From: a bacterium
GTDB lineage: Bacteria > RBG-13-61-14 > DATKZS01
Direction of reading: 5' to 3'
NCBI GenBank assembly: GCA_963674965.2
Contig: CAXXFL010000003.1
Span: forward strand, 448,001-512,000
DNA: 64,000 nt
Position numbers and translations under genes: made by a program
In this document: positions 38,701 through 46,010 of the stretch, one piece after another
How positions within the stretch are numbered: position 1 is the stretch's first letter
Layout of the letters: each line of letters begins with the position of its first letter
Notes under the pieces: model-generated
What the model was told of the DNA's origin: nothing
What the model saw: the letters and a program-made list of their open reading frames with translations, nothing else
The model's database searches: none

Positions 38701-38924
38701 GATCGGCCACCCTCCTCGGCGGGGAGGGCCCGAGCGGGACGGGCCGTTACGACGTGTCCGGCGCCATGGACTCGGGCGGCCTCTCGTCCATCGTCGTCCG
38801 GGTGGATTCTCCCGGCACGATCTACATAAACGCGACGGTCCCGCCTTGCGGCGACCAGTCGGGCAAGGGGAGGTATTGTCCCGAGGTGGCCAGGACCCCG
38901 GCGGTGACCATCGTGGGGCAATAA
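32769..38924 (+). CDS. Giant secreted LVIVD-repeat / Ca-binding repeat protein with dockerin-like C-terminus (2051 aa)
   Basis: TTG start with GGGAGG; signal peptide; two LVIVD blocks (YAYLAD..GLxIIDVSDP); many DxDxDG..WE and DPCxxDTDG modules; duplicated ~345-aa module; C-terminal DGIISPLD / GVSPLD. Confidence 0.88.
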   Translation: MRQRWSPIACAIVVAILFALTLSARPRAAKSADDIGAPPPVPFSGGQGGDVPDKAGSGDADGDGMPDSWENAYSCVMANTVDNLANPDGDLFNNASEYANNGDPCEANTGECADGKDNNGNGYIDLLDPGCDDLIDPSEYPSNACANGIDDDRDGFTDLTDPDCLGEDDVAEMKPFLAGELELPSPAYDVFISGDYAFAASGESGLIILDISDPQSPALAGSYDTHFAQGVYVMGDHAYVADHEEGLKIIDISNPRTPSLVGSYYASGPAYDVHVSGGLALVADWNFGLQIIDVSDPANPELAGTLDTPGLARGVFVSGGYAYLADDVLGLQIIDFSDPAHPRIVGSYNSPGAAHEVYVSGDLAYLAAWDFGLKILNVSNPENPVPVGEYLTEGNAWDAYAAGGYVFVADDVSGLNIIAAANPATPTLAGKFPADGTYGVFVSGDFAYLTGASPAFQAVDVNALDVDGDQAPNHWELFYKCLGGWTADGSLDEDSDGLTNLEEYLANLDPCHPDTDGGFEDDGGEVSSGRKPLDSRDDLFIDADADGMADSWENSHPCVAAGEDDGSANPDQDLWSNLDEFLHDGDPCEPNAGECADGLDNDGDGLIDCLDPGCVDLGDAGERGTNACDDGIDNDHDELVDYPFDPDCSGPEDVAELKPTLEGALDSHRALGVTVSGDYAYLADHDGGLKIIDVSDPAAPFTAGQYGTGVAVMDVFVSGGYAYLAADDEGLLIIDVSNPAVPSMVGSLDSGGSAGGVYVVGDYAYLAAGESGLLVMDVSDPAAPRLVGPHQTAGPASAIHASGAYAYVTDDEGLRIIDVSDPAHPILLGSSEADRPNDVFVSGDYAYLADHEAGLKIIDVSDPAHPVPAGSFETTSAAYGVHLSGYLALVADDESGLLVVNVSDPENPRLAGAYETKWASARAVHLAGGRAYVAYRGEGLFIFDLNLTDTDGDGLPNHMESFRDCLDPWTADGQMDNDADGIANLEEYAAGLDPCDPDTDGGGETDGSEKVYGRDPKDPSDDESDQDGDGMIDAWENYHACMNSSAADAAADHDADGLNNLMEYFARSNPCDPDTDGDGMDDGWEFSYQCVDLLFGDSALDADEDGLSGLDEYKAGTDPCDRDTDGDDYEDGFDLDPLDPFLNRYAAEVRPADGQRRWVEVGDSLGVAFQVYDQKGALFEEDDSSRFTLSVGGSAIFSDTARVGSVVSGGGSSQVLVRASGGVVSVGVSDRAAERVPLTALDTEALGFYAPATETHSDTISASYSNSRGGERFRGNVFSVTTSTPLTAYSIYLDNENDNTMHFLVYESDSATGPWDLVFREIRHFPGGDEHWYSIEDVNVILRAGKYYAVGAWWESVVNYYISRSSAAPSFGSVLNGCYLDSEVPLAEDPTFNTYVNYYYQVLTTSSQLQIDFLDPEADADGDGMADGWEDLYDCVDSMAGDSALDPDGDGAKNLEESELGSDPCDPDTDGDDYEDGLDLDPLDPAVNKYAAEVRLAEDQRRWVAVGDWLGVTFEVYDQKGRLFEEDDSSAFTLSVDGSAVFAGEAKVGNLISGGGGAQALVQVSGGMVTIELSGSTVERVILSAIDGEGLGAAMPAAEISVDAISTDNSNSRGGARFRGNVFHVTASTLLTEYSIYLDNENENTMHFLVYESDGAGGPWSVVLREIKSFPGGDEHWYSSGPVRVILKAGKYYAVGAWWESVVNYYISPSSAPPAFGSVLNGCYLDGETPTSDNPTFNTYANFYYQVLTTSDEIVIDVIDASLDGDGDGLSDAEERELGTDPARWDTDGDALPDGFEEDNSIGRGSNGLDPLSAADGLEADFDGDGIENSHEYYNGTDLWEADVTGGASCYSWGDSGNTVEADGIISPLDVNRLSNRIIGMNVSYTGVLPPNGDSQKLMGNPAGVSPLDLNLIKAMAGGNETYTTPTIPTDLIVDGSTLRSVADGSTTRVTVSVVNSSAIGYSSSFGVVFEIDPASTGSATLLGGEGPSGTGRYDVSGAMDSGGLSSIVVRVDSPGTIYINATVPPCGDQSGKGRYCPEVARTPAVTIVGQ
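36120..38025 (+). repeat. Intragenic tandem duplication, offset 1035 nt (345 aa)
   Basis: TACGCGGCCGAGG at 36201 and 37236; YSIYLDNENxNTMHFLVYESD and GKYYAVGAWWESVVNYYI occur twice. Confidence 0.9.
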
Positions 38925-38942
38925 AATGGGGCAAGAAAATGA

Positions 38943-38971
38943 TTGACTTGATAAAAGGCGTTGAATATTAT
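38943..38971 (+). promoter_or_regulatory. Sigma70-like promoter for the second giant gene
   Basis: TTGACT-17nt-TATTAT. Confidence 0.55.
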
Positions 38972-39026
38972 AAATAGCGTAAACTTCCATTCCAAGACTT
39001 AGCGTGACCCAACGCGGGAGGCAGAA

Positions 39027-42000
39027 ATGAAAAACGGCGCGAGACGAGAATCGGGGCGAAAAGCCTTCGGACTTATTCCCTTACTCCTTACCTTTGCACT
39101 TCTTGTCATACTCTTTCCCCGGGCGGCCCTTTCCCTTCCGCCCTGGCAGGGCCCGAACGTGATCCATCCCGGCGTTTCAGTATGTGACGCGGGCTTTTAT
39201 AAAAACCCGACTATCGGGGTGGCTGAGGATTCGGAAGGGAACCTCCACGCGGTCTGGTATGACTGCGATTCCGAGAGGGAAAATACTCACGTTTACTACT
39301 CGAGGAAGGACGCCGCGGGCTGGAGCGCCCCGGAGGCCGTGACCCCGGCCCCGGCCGACACGGAAGAACTCGCGAACCTCCGGATCGACGTGGATGGAAA
39401 CGGCCGGCCGGTGGTCATGTGGTCGATAGGCAGCGTTTATCAAACGGTGGATAGCAGCGTTTTCCGCGTGAAGACCATTTCCGGATGGACCGCGGGTCCC
39501 GACGAGATAAGTTGCCTTGTTTCAGACTTCGCGGTATCGAACGGAAACACGGTTTACGCCGCGGCGGGAGATTTCTCAATGTACGCGCTTTACTGGAACG
39601 GAAGTCAGTGGGTCCAAATACCAGGACTCGAATTGGCGGCCGGAATGCATCCTTGGTCTGGTACGCCCGCGAGCTATGGGATCGACGTGACCGACGACGG
39701 TTTCCTGCATTTGGCTTATATATACTCGCGTACTCCAAACTATCTTCGTTACTATCGATGGCGTTCGGACACGGGTTGGGAATCCAGTTACGTATTGAGC
39801 GTCGGCGACAGTTCTTGTTTCCCTTTATTGGCTCAAAGCAAGATACAAGTGGATGAGACGGGCATCGCATGGATGTTGTCCTATACTGAATGTACTATGG
39901 GTCTTGGAGGGGATTATTATCACGGCCTCGTCAGCGGCAACTCTCCGGGTATTCCCACGACCTGGACCAATCGGACAACGTCCGTTGGATCCAACATTTG
40001 GGCTTCCGACGTCGCCGTCGGCCCTAACGGGAGCGCCGCGCTTTCGGTGGGCTCGCAGGTCACTTTTTATCTTGAGGACGGGACTCATTCCTCCTCCCCC
40101 GCCTCCGGCCTGCAAGGCACGCAAGCGCTATTCGTCGGAGGCGGCTACCACTTGGTGGCCGGCTCCGGCCAGGGGATCGTGGAGTATTATATGCCCGTAC
40201 TGGACGCTGACGCTGACGGCATGCTCGACGATTGGGAAAATACCTATTCCTGCGTGATGGCCAACACGGTGGACGACGAGGCCAATCCCGACGGGGACGC
40301 CTATACCAACCTCGAGGAATTTATTAATAACGGCGATCCCTGCTCCGTTGCCGAGTGTAGCGACGGAACTGACAACGACGGCGATACGTACGCGGACCTC
40401 CTGGACCCGGGCTGTGACGATCTCTCGGACAATGACGAATTAGGCGCGGTTATGTGCGACAACGGGATCGACGACGATGGGGACGGCTACACCGACTATC
40501 CAGACGATTTTAATTGCACCTCTCCGGCCTACGCTTCCGAACGCGTAAATATTTCTCCCCAGTTCGTGGGGTCCGAAAACACGTCGTATTACGCCTTGGA
40601 CGTGGTCGTCTCGGATGGATACGCCTATGTCGCGGATGGTTCATGGGGCCTCCGCGTCATTGATATATCGAGTCCCGAAAGTCCGTCGCTGGTTGCAACT
40701 TACGACACGGACTACGCGCGAGGCGTCAAAGTCAAAGGCAATTACGCTTACGTGGCTGAGGGGTACGTTGGGCTCCGGATCATCGACGTCAGCGCTCCCG
40801 CAAGTCCGTCACTGGTCGCCACCTACGGAACCGGGGACGCGCGAGGCGTTTACGTAGCTGGTAACTACGCCTACGTGGCCGATTACGACGGCCTGAGGAT
40901 TATCGACGTAACCGACCCGGCAACTCCAAGTCTCGTCGGCGCGTATGAATCTTATTCCGCTAGCTCCGTTCACGTCATGGGCGAATACGCCTACTTGGCC
41001 AAGGATTTCGGCCTCCAAGTCATTGGCGTTTCCAACCCGGCCGGCCCGTCCCTGGTCGGATCCTATAACACTCCCCTTTTTTCTCCAAAGGGGATTTACG
41101 CGTCCGGAAATTACGCCTACCTGGTCTGTGGCTCGAAAGGCCTTCAAATCTTCGACGTATCCAACCCCGCCGCCCCGACCCTCGTCGGCTCCTACGACAC
41201 CAGCGGCGAGGCATATGACGTGCACGTCGAGGAAGGTCTCGCTTTCGTGGCGGACGACTCTTCCGGCCTGCTGATTTTCGACGTATTCAACCCGGCCAAC
41301 CCGGCGTTAGTGGCTTCCTACAATACGCCTGGTCAATCGCGGGGGGTCTATTTCTCGGCCGGCTACGCTTACGTGGCTGACTACCACGAAGGGCTTCAAA
41401 TCATTTTTATCGACGGATGGGATACCGATGGAGACGGCATGCCCGACGATTGGGAGAACGCCTATTCCTGCATGATGGCCTACACGGTGGACGGCGGCGT
41501 TGATTACGACGTGGACGGTCTCACCAACCTCGAGGAGTACCATCTCGACTTCGACCCCTGCGACCCGGACATGGACGAAGACGGAGACCTCGACGGCGCG
41601 GATAATTGCCCTTTAATCTCCAACGCGGGCCAGGAAAACGCCGACGGAGACTCCCTGGGTAACGCCTGCGACGACTGCCCCTACGACCCCGACAATGACG
41701 CGGACGCGGACGGAGTATGCGGAGACGCGGACAACTGCCCGGTACTCTACAATCCGAACCAGTCCAACCTGGACGGAGACTCCCTTGGAGACCTCTGCGA
41801 CGACGACGACGACAATGACGGCGTGAGCGACGGCGCGGACAACTGCCCGGCCCTTTCCAACCCCGGCCAGGAAAACGCCGACGGCGACTCCCTGGGCGAC
41901 GCCTGCGACGATTGCCCCTACGACCCCGACAATGACGCGGACGCGGACGCAGTATGCGGAGACGTGGACAACTGCCCGGTACTCTACAATCCGAACCAGT

Positions 42001-45000
42001 CCAACCTGGACGGAGACTCCCTTGGAGACCTCTGCGACGACGACGACGACAATGACGGCGTGAGCGACGGCGCGGACAACTGCCCGGCCCTTTCCAACCC
42101 CGGCCAGGAAAACGCCGACGGCGACTCCCTGGGCGACGCCTGCGACGACTGCCCCTACGACCCCGACAATGACGCGGACGCGGACGGAGTATGCGGAGAC
42201 GCGGACAACTGCCCGGCCCTCTACAATCCGAACCAGTCCAACCTGGACGGAGACTCCCTTGGAGACCTCTGCGACGACGACGACGACAATGACGGCGTGA
42301 GCGACGGCGTGGACAACTGCCCGGCCCTTTTCAACCCCGGCCAGGAAAACGCCGACGGGGACTCCCTGGGCGACGCCTGCGACGATTGCCCCTACGACCC
42401 CGACAATGACGCGGACGCGGACGCAGTATGCGGAGACGTGGACAACTGCCCGGCCCTTTTCAACACCGGCCAGGAAAACGCCGACGGCGACTCCCTGGGC
42501 GACGCCTGCGACGATTGTCCCTACGACACCGATAATGACGCGGACGAGGACGGAGTATGCGGAGACGCGGACAACTGCCCGGCCCTCTACAATCCGAACC
42601 AGTCCAACCTGGACGGAGACTCTCTTGGAGACCTCTGCGACGACGACGACGACAATGACGGCGTGAGCGACGGCGCGGACAACTGCCCGGCCCTTTCCAA
42701 CCCCGGCCAGGAAAACGCCGACGGCGACTCCCTGGGCGACGCCTGCGACGACTGCCCCTACGACACCGATAATGACTCGGACGAGGACGGAGTATGCGGA
42801 GACGCGGACAACTGCCCGGCCCTCTACAATCCGAACCAGTCCAACCTGGACGGAGACTCTCTTGGAGACCTCTGCGACGACGACGACGACAATGACGGCG
42901 TGAGCGACGGCGTGGACAACTGCCCGGCCCTTTCCAACCCCGGCCAGGAAAACGCCGACGGCGACTCCCTGGGTGACGCCTGCGACGACGACGACGACAA
43001 CGACGGCATGCCCGACGCGTGGGAGAACGCCTATTCCTGCATGATGCCGAACACGGTTGACGACGCGGCCAATCCCGACGGCGACGCCTTTGCCAACCTC
43101 GAGGAATATCAGAATAACGGCGACCCCTGCTCGATCGCCGCCTGCAGCGACGGAGTGGACAACGACGGCGACACATTTATAGACCTTCTCGATCCGGGCT
43201 GCGACGACCTTTCGGACGGCGACGAGTTGAGTACTGCCGCGTGCGACAACGGACTCGACGACGATAGCGACGGCCATACCGATTACCCCGACGACCCCGA
43301 GTGCTCCTCGCCAAGCGACGATTCCGAGTTTACGTTCATCGCGCCGGAACTGGTGGGAACCTACAATTCTTCGGACCATGCCTGGGACGTGTCCGTCTCC
43401 AACGGATACGCCTACATGGCCGGCTATGATACGGGTCTCGCGATAATAGACGTCTCCGATCCCTCGAGTCCTTCCCTGCTAGGCCAATATTACACGAGTC
43501 AGGCCTTTGACGTTCAGGTTATCGGCCAATACGCTTACGTGGCCGATGGAACCTCGGGCCTCCGAATAATCGACGTCTCAAGCCCGGCCAGCCCCGCATT
43601 AACCGGAACTTACGACACGGATTACGCCAGTGGAGCCTTCTTCGCTGGAAATTACGCTTACGTCGCCGACCACTCTTTGGGCCTGCGAATAATAAACGTC
43701 GTCAACCCGGCGCATCCTATACATATAAGCAGTTATAACACTTCCGGCACGTCTTGCGCGGTTCACGTAATTGGCGCATACGCATATCTGGCCGACGGGT
43801 ATCGGGGGCTCCAAATAATAAACGTGGCCAGTCCGGCCAGCCCGACCTTGGTCTCGACCTGCGACACTCCTTCTTACGCTCGGGGAGTTTACGTTTCGGG
43901 AAATTACGCCTACGTGGCGGACAAGGACTCGGGGCTTCAGATCATCGACGTCTCGAACCCGGCCAGCCCGAACCTGGTCGGCTCCTACGACACTCCCGGA
44001 TCTTCATACGACGTCGAGGTTGCCTCGAATCTGGCCTTTGTCGCGGATTACGAATCCGGCCTCCAAATCATCGACGTCTCCACGCCGGCCAATCCAACGT
44101 TGGTCGGCTTCTATGACACTCCTGGAAAGGCGCAGGGGGTCTACTATTTGAAAGGTTACGCTTACGTGGCCGACGGGCAGTCGGGCCTCCAGATCATCCT
44201 TGTCGACGACGCTGATCAAGATGGAGATGGGATGATAGATATATGGGAAAACGCTTATGACTGCATGATGCCCGACACGGTGGACGACGCGGAGGATTAC
44301 GACGCGGACTCCGTGATTAACTCGCAGGAATACTCCCTCGGCCTAGATCCCTGCGACCCGGACACGGATAATGGAGGCGAGAGCGACGGCACGGAAATCT
44401 CCCTGGGCCACAACCCGGTTGATCAAAACGACGACGACCATGACCTTGACGGAATGCCGAGCGTCTGGGAAAACGCTTTTGACTGCATGATGGCCGACAC
44501 GGTGGACGACGCGGAGGATTACGACGCGGACTCCGTGATTAACTCGCAGGAATACTCCCTCGGCCTCGATCCCTGCGACCCGGACACGGACGACGGCGGC
44601 GAAAACGACGGGAGCGAGGTGGCCGCCGGGCGCGACCCGCGCGATCCCGACGACGACGATAACGACGAAGACTCCCTTACCAACGCCTGGGAGTTCGCCT
44701 ATCCCTGCATGATGGCCAACACGGTGGACGCCGAGGTGGACTATGACGGCGATGGCTTATGGAACGTCGAGGAGTCCTACCCCTCCAATAACACCGACCC
44801 CTGCGATCCCGACACGGACGGCGGCGGCGAGAGCGACGGGAGCGAGGTTATAAACGCCCGCGATCCTCTCGACCCATCCGACGACGCGTTCATCGACGGC
44901 GACGGCGACGGCATGCCCGACGGATGGGAATTGACCTTCGCCTGCGTGATGGTTGACGGGGTGGACGACGCGGTGGACGCGGACGGCGACGGGCTGGACA

Positions 45001-45842
45001 ATTACGATGAGTACATTGTTACCACTGATCCTTGTCATTGGGACTCGGACGGCGACGGCTTGCCGGACGGTTTCGAGGTTGACAACTCGGTAGGGCACGG
45101 GGATACGGGGCTGGACCCGCTGTCGGCGGGCGACGGGCTGGGGGCGGACTTTGACGGGGACGGGATCGAGAACGCGCACGAGTACTATAATGGGACTGAT
45201 ATATGGGAGATGGACGTGACGGGCGGGGCGTCATGTTTTAGCTGGGGCGACGCGGGGAATACCGTGTCGGCCGACGGATTGGTGTCTCCTCTTGACATGA
45301 CGGCGCTGAAGAACCGGATCATCGGCAACGACGCGTCCTACTTGGGAGTGTTGCCCCCCAACGGCGACAGCCAGCGCATGATGGGCGACCCGGCGGGAGT
45401 CTCGCCCCTGGACCTCTCCGTGATACAGGCCATAATCAGCGGAAACGACACGGCCTCGAACCCCACCATCCCCACCGACCTGGTGGTGGACGGCGCCACT
45501 TCTCGAAGCGTGGCCGAGGGCGCGACCACGCGGGTGACCGTGAGCGTTATCAACTCCTCGGCCATCGGCTACTCGTCCTCCTTCGGCGTGGTCTTCGAGA
45601 TCGACCCGAGATCGACCGGCGCGGCCACCCTCCTCGGCGGCGAGGGCCCGAGCGGGACGGGACGCTATGACGTCTCCGGCGCCATGGACGCGGGCGGCCT
45701 CGCGTCCATCGTCGTCCGCGTCGATGCCCCCGGCACGATCTATATAAACGCGACTATCCCACCCTGCGGAGACCAGTCGGGCAAGGGTCGCTACTGTCCG
45801 GAAATCGAAAAAGCGCCGGCGGTGACCATAGTGGGTTATTAA
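39027..45842 (+). CDS. Giant secreted LVIVD / thrombospondin type 3 repeat protein with dockerin-like C-terminus (2271 aa)
   Basis: Signal peptide; unique N-terminal beta-rich domain; two LVIVD blocks; TSP3 array (DNCP..NPxQxNxDGDSLGDxCD); same C-terminal region as the upstream gene. Confidence 0.9.
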   Translation: MKNGARRESGRKAFGLIPLLLTFALLVILFPRAALSLPPWQGPNVIHPGVSVCDAGFYKNPTIGVAEDSEGNLHAVWYDCDSERENTHVYYSRKDAAGWSAPEAVTPAPADTEELANLRIDVDGNGRPVVMWSIGSVYQTVDSSVFRVKTISGWTAGPDEISCLVSDFAVSNGNTVYAAAGDFSMYALYWNGSQWVQIPGLELAAGMHPWSGTPASYGIDVTDDGFLHLAYIYSRTPNYLRYYRWRSDTGWESSYVLSVGDSSCFPLLAQSKIQVDETGIAWMLSYTECTMGLGGDYYHGLVSGNSPGIPTTWTNRTTSVGSNIWASDVAVGPNGSAALSVGSQVTFYLEDGTHSSSPASGLQGTQALFVGGGYHLVAGSGQGIVEYYMPVLDADADGMLDDWENTYSCVMANTVDDEANPDGDAYTNLEEFINNGDPCSVAECSDGTDNDGDTYADLLDPGCDDLSDNDELGAVMCDNGIDDDGDGYTDYPDDFNCTSPAYASERVNISPQFVGSENTSYYALDVVVSDGYAYVADGSWGLRVIDISSPESPSLVATYDTDYARGVKVKGNYAYVAEGYVGLRIIDVSAPASPSLVATYGTGDARGVYVAGNYAYVADYDGLRIIDVTDPATPSLVGAYESYSASSVHVMGEYAYLAKDFGLQVIGVSNPAGPSLVGSYNTPLFSPKGIYASGNYAYLVCGSKGLQIFDVSNPAAPTLVGSYDTSGEAYDVHVEEGLAFVADDSSGLLIFDVFNPANPALVASYNTPGQSRGVYFSAGYAYVADYHEGLQIIFIDGWDTDGDGMPDDWENAYSCMMAYTVDGGVDYDVDGLTNLEEYHLDFDPCDPDMDEDGDLDGADNCPLISNAGQENADGDSLGNACDDCPYDPDNDADADGVCGDADNCPVLYNPNQSNLDGDSLGDLCDDDDDNDGVSDGADNCPALSNPGQENADGDSLGDACDDCPYDPDNDADADAVCGDVDNCPVLYNPNQSNLDGDSLGDLCDDDDDNDGVSDGADNCPALSNPGQENADGDSLGDACDDCPYDPDNDADADGVCGDADNCPALYNPNQSNLDGDSLGDLCDDDDDNDGVSDGVDNCPALFNPGQENADGDSLGDACDDCPYDPDNDADADAVCGDVDNCPALFNTGQENADGDSLGDACDDCPYDTDNDADEDGVCGDADNCPALYNPNQSNLDGDSLGDLCDDDDDNDGVSDGADNCPALSNPGQENADGDSLGDACDDCPYDTDNDSDEDGVCGDADNCPALYNPNQSNLDGDSLGDLCDDDDDNDGVSDGVDNCPALSNPGQENADGDSLGDACDDDDDNDGMPDAWENAYSCMMPNTVDDAANPDGDAFANLEEYQNNGDPCSIAACSDGVDNDGDTFIDLLDPGCDDLSDGDELSTAACDNGLDDDSDGHTDYPDDPECSSPSDDSEFTFIAPELVGTYNSSDHAWDVSVSNGYAYMAGYDTGLAIIDVSDPSSPSLLGQYYTSQAFDVQVIGQYAYVADGTSGLRIIDVSSPASPALTGTYDTDYASGAFFAGNYAYVADHSLGLRIINVVNPAHPIHISSYNTSGTSCAVHVIGAYAYLADGYRGLQIINVASPASPTLVSTCDTPSYARGVYVSGNYAYVADKDSGLQIIDVSNPASPNLVGSYDTPGSSYDVEVASNLAFVADYESGLQIIDVSTPANPTLVGFYDTPGKAQGVYYLKGYAYVADGQSGLQIILVDDADQDGDGMIDIWENAYDCMMPDTVDDAEDYDADSVINSQEYSLGLDPCDPDTDNGGESDGTEISLGHNPVDQNDDDHDLDGMPSVWENAFDCMMADTVDDAEDYDADSVINSQEYSLGLDPCDPDTDDGGENDGSEVAAGRDPRDPDDDDNDEDSLTNAWEFAYPCMMANTVDAEVDYDGDGLWNVEESYPSNNTDPCDPDTDGGGESDGSEVINARDPLDPSDDAFIDGDGDGMPDGWELTFACVMVDGVDDAVDADGDGLDNYDEYIVTTDPCHWDSDGDGLPDGFEVDNSVGHGDTGLDPLSAGDGLGADFDGDGIENAHEYYNGTDIWEMDVTGGASCFSWGDAGNTVSADGLVSPLDMTALKNRIIGNDASYLGVLPPNGDSQRMMGDPAGVSPLDLSVIQAIISGNDTASNPTIPTDLVVDGATSRSVAEGATTRVTVSVINSSAIGYSSSFGVVFEIDPRSTGAATLLGGEGPSGTGRYDVSGAMDAGGLASIVVRVDAPGTIYINATIPPCGDQSGKGRYCPEIEKAPAVTIVGY
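41590..43010 (+). repeat. Near-identical 237-nt tandem repeat encoding TSP3 units
   Basis: CAGGAAAACGCCGACGG recurs at 41631, 41868, 42105, 42342, 42471, 42708 and 42945 (spacing 237 except one 129). Confidence 0.95.
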
Positions 45843-45892
45843 CGGGGCAAGGGGGAAATAGTACGTCCATTTGCTTTGTGGACATCCAGCCC

Positions 45893-45971
45893 GCGGCTTC
45901 GCCGCCCACGCAATATGCGTGGGGGACCCTGCAATAAAACCATGGATGGCGCGGATAGCTATCCGCGCCAT
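45893..45971. repeat. Hairpin cluster including a perfect 26-bp palindrome between convergent genes
   Basis: GCGGC-TTC-GCCGC; CCCACGCA-ATA-TGCGTGGG; ATGGCGCGGATAGCTATCCGCGCCAT (45946-45971). Confidence 0.75.
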
Positions 45972-46010
45972 AACCCGCCTTCCTCGGGGAAAGCCGTCCG
46001 GCGATGAATT

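Noticed and set aside
41590-43010. Possible CRISPR array
   Set aside because: Units are 237 nt, in frame, with no unique spacers and no cas genes; it is a coding TSP3 repeat.
38121-45842. Diversity-generating retroelement template/variable repeat pair
   Set aside because: Both copies are coding C-termini, differences are not adenine-specific, and there is no reverse transcriptase in the window.
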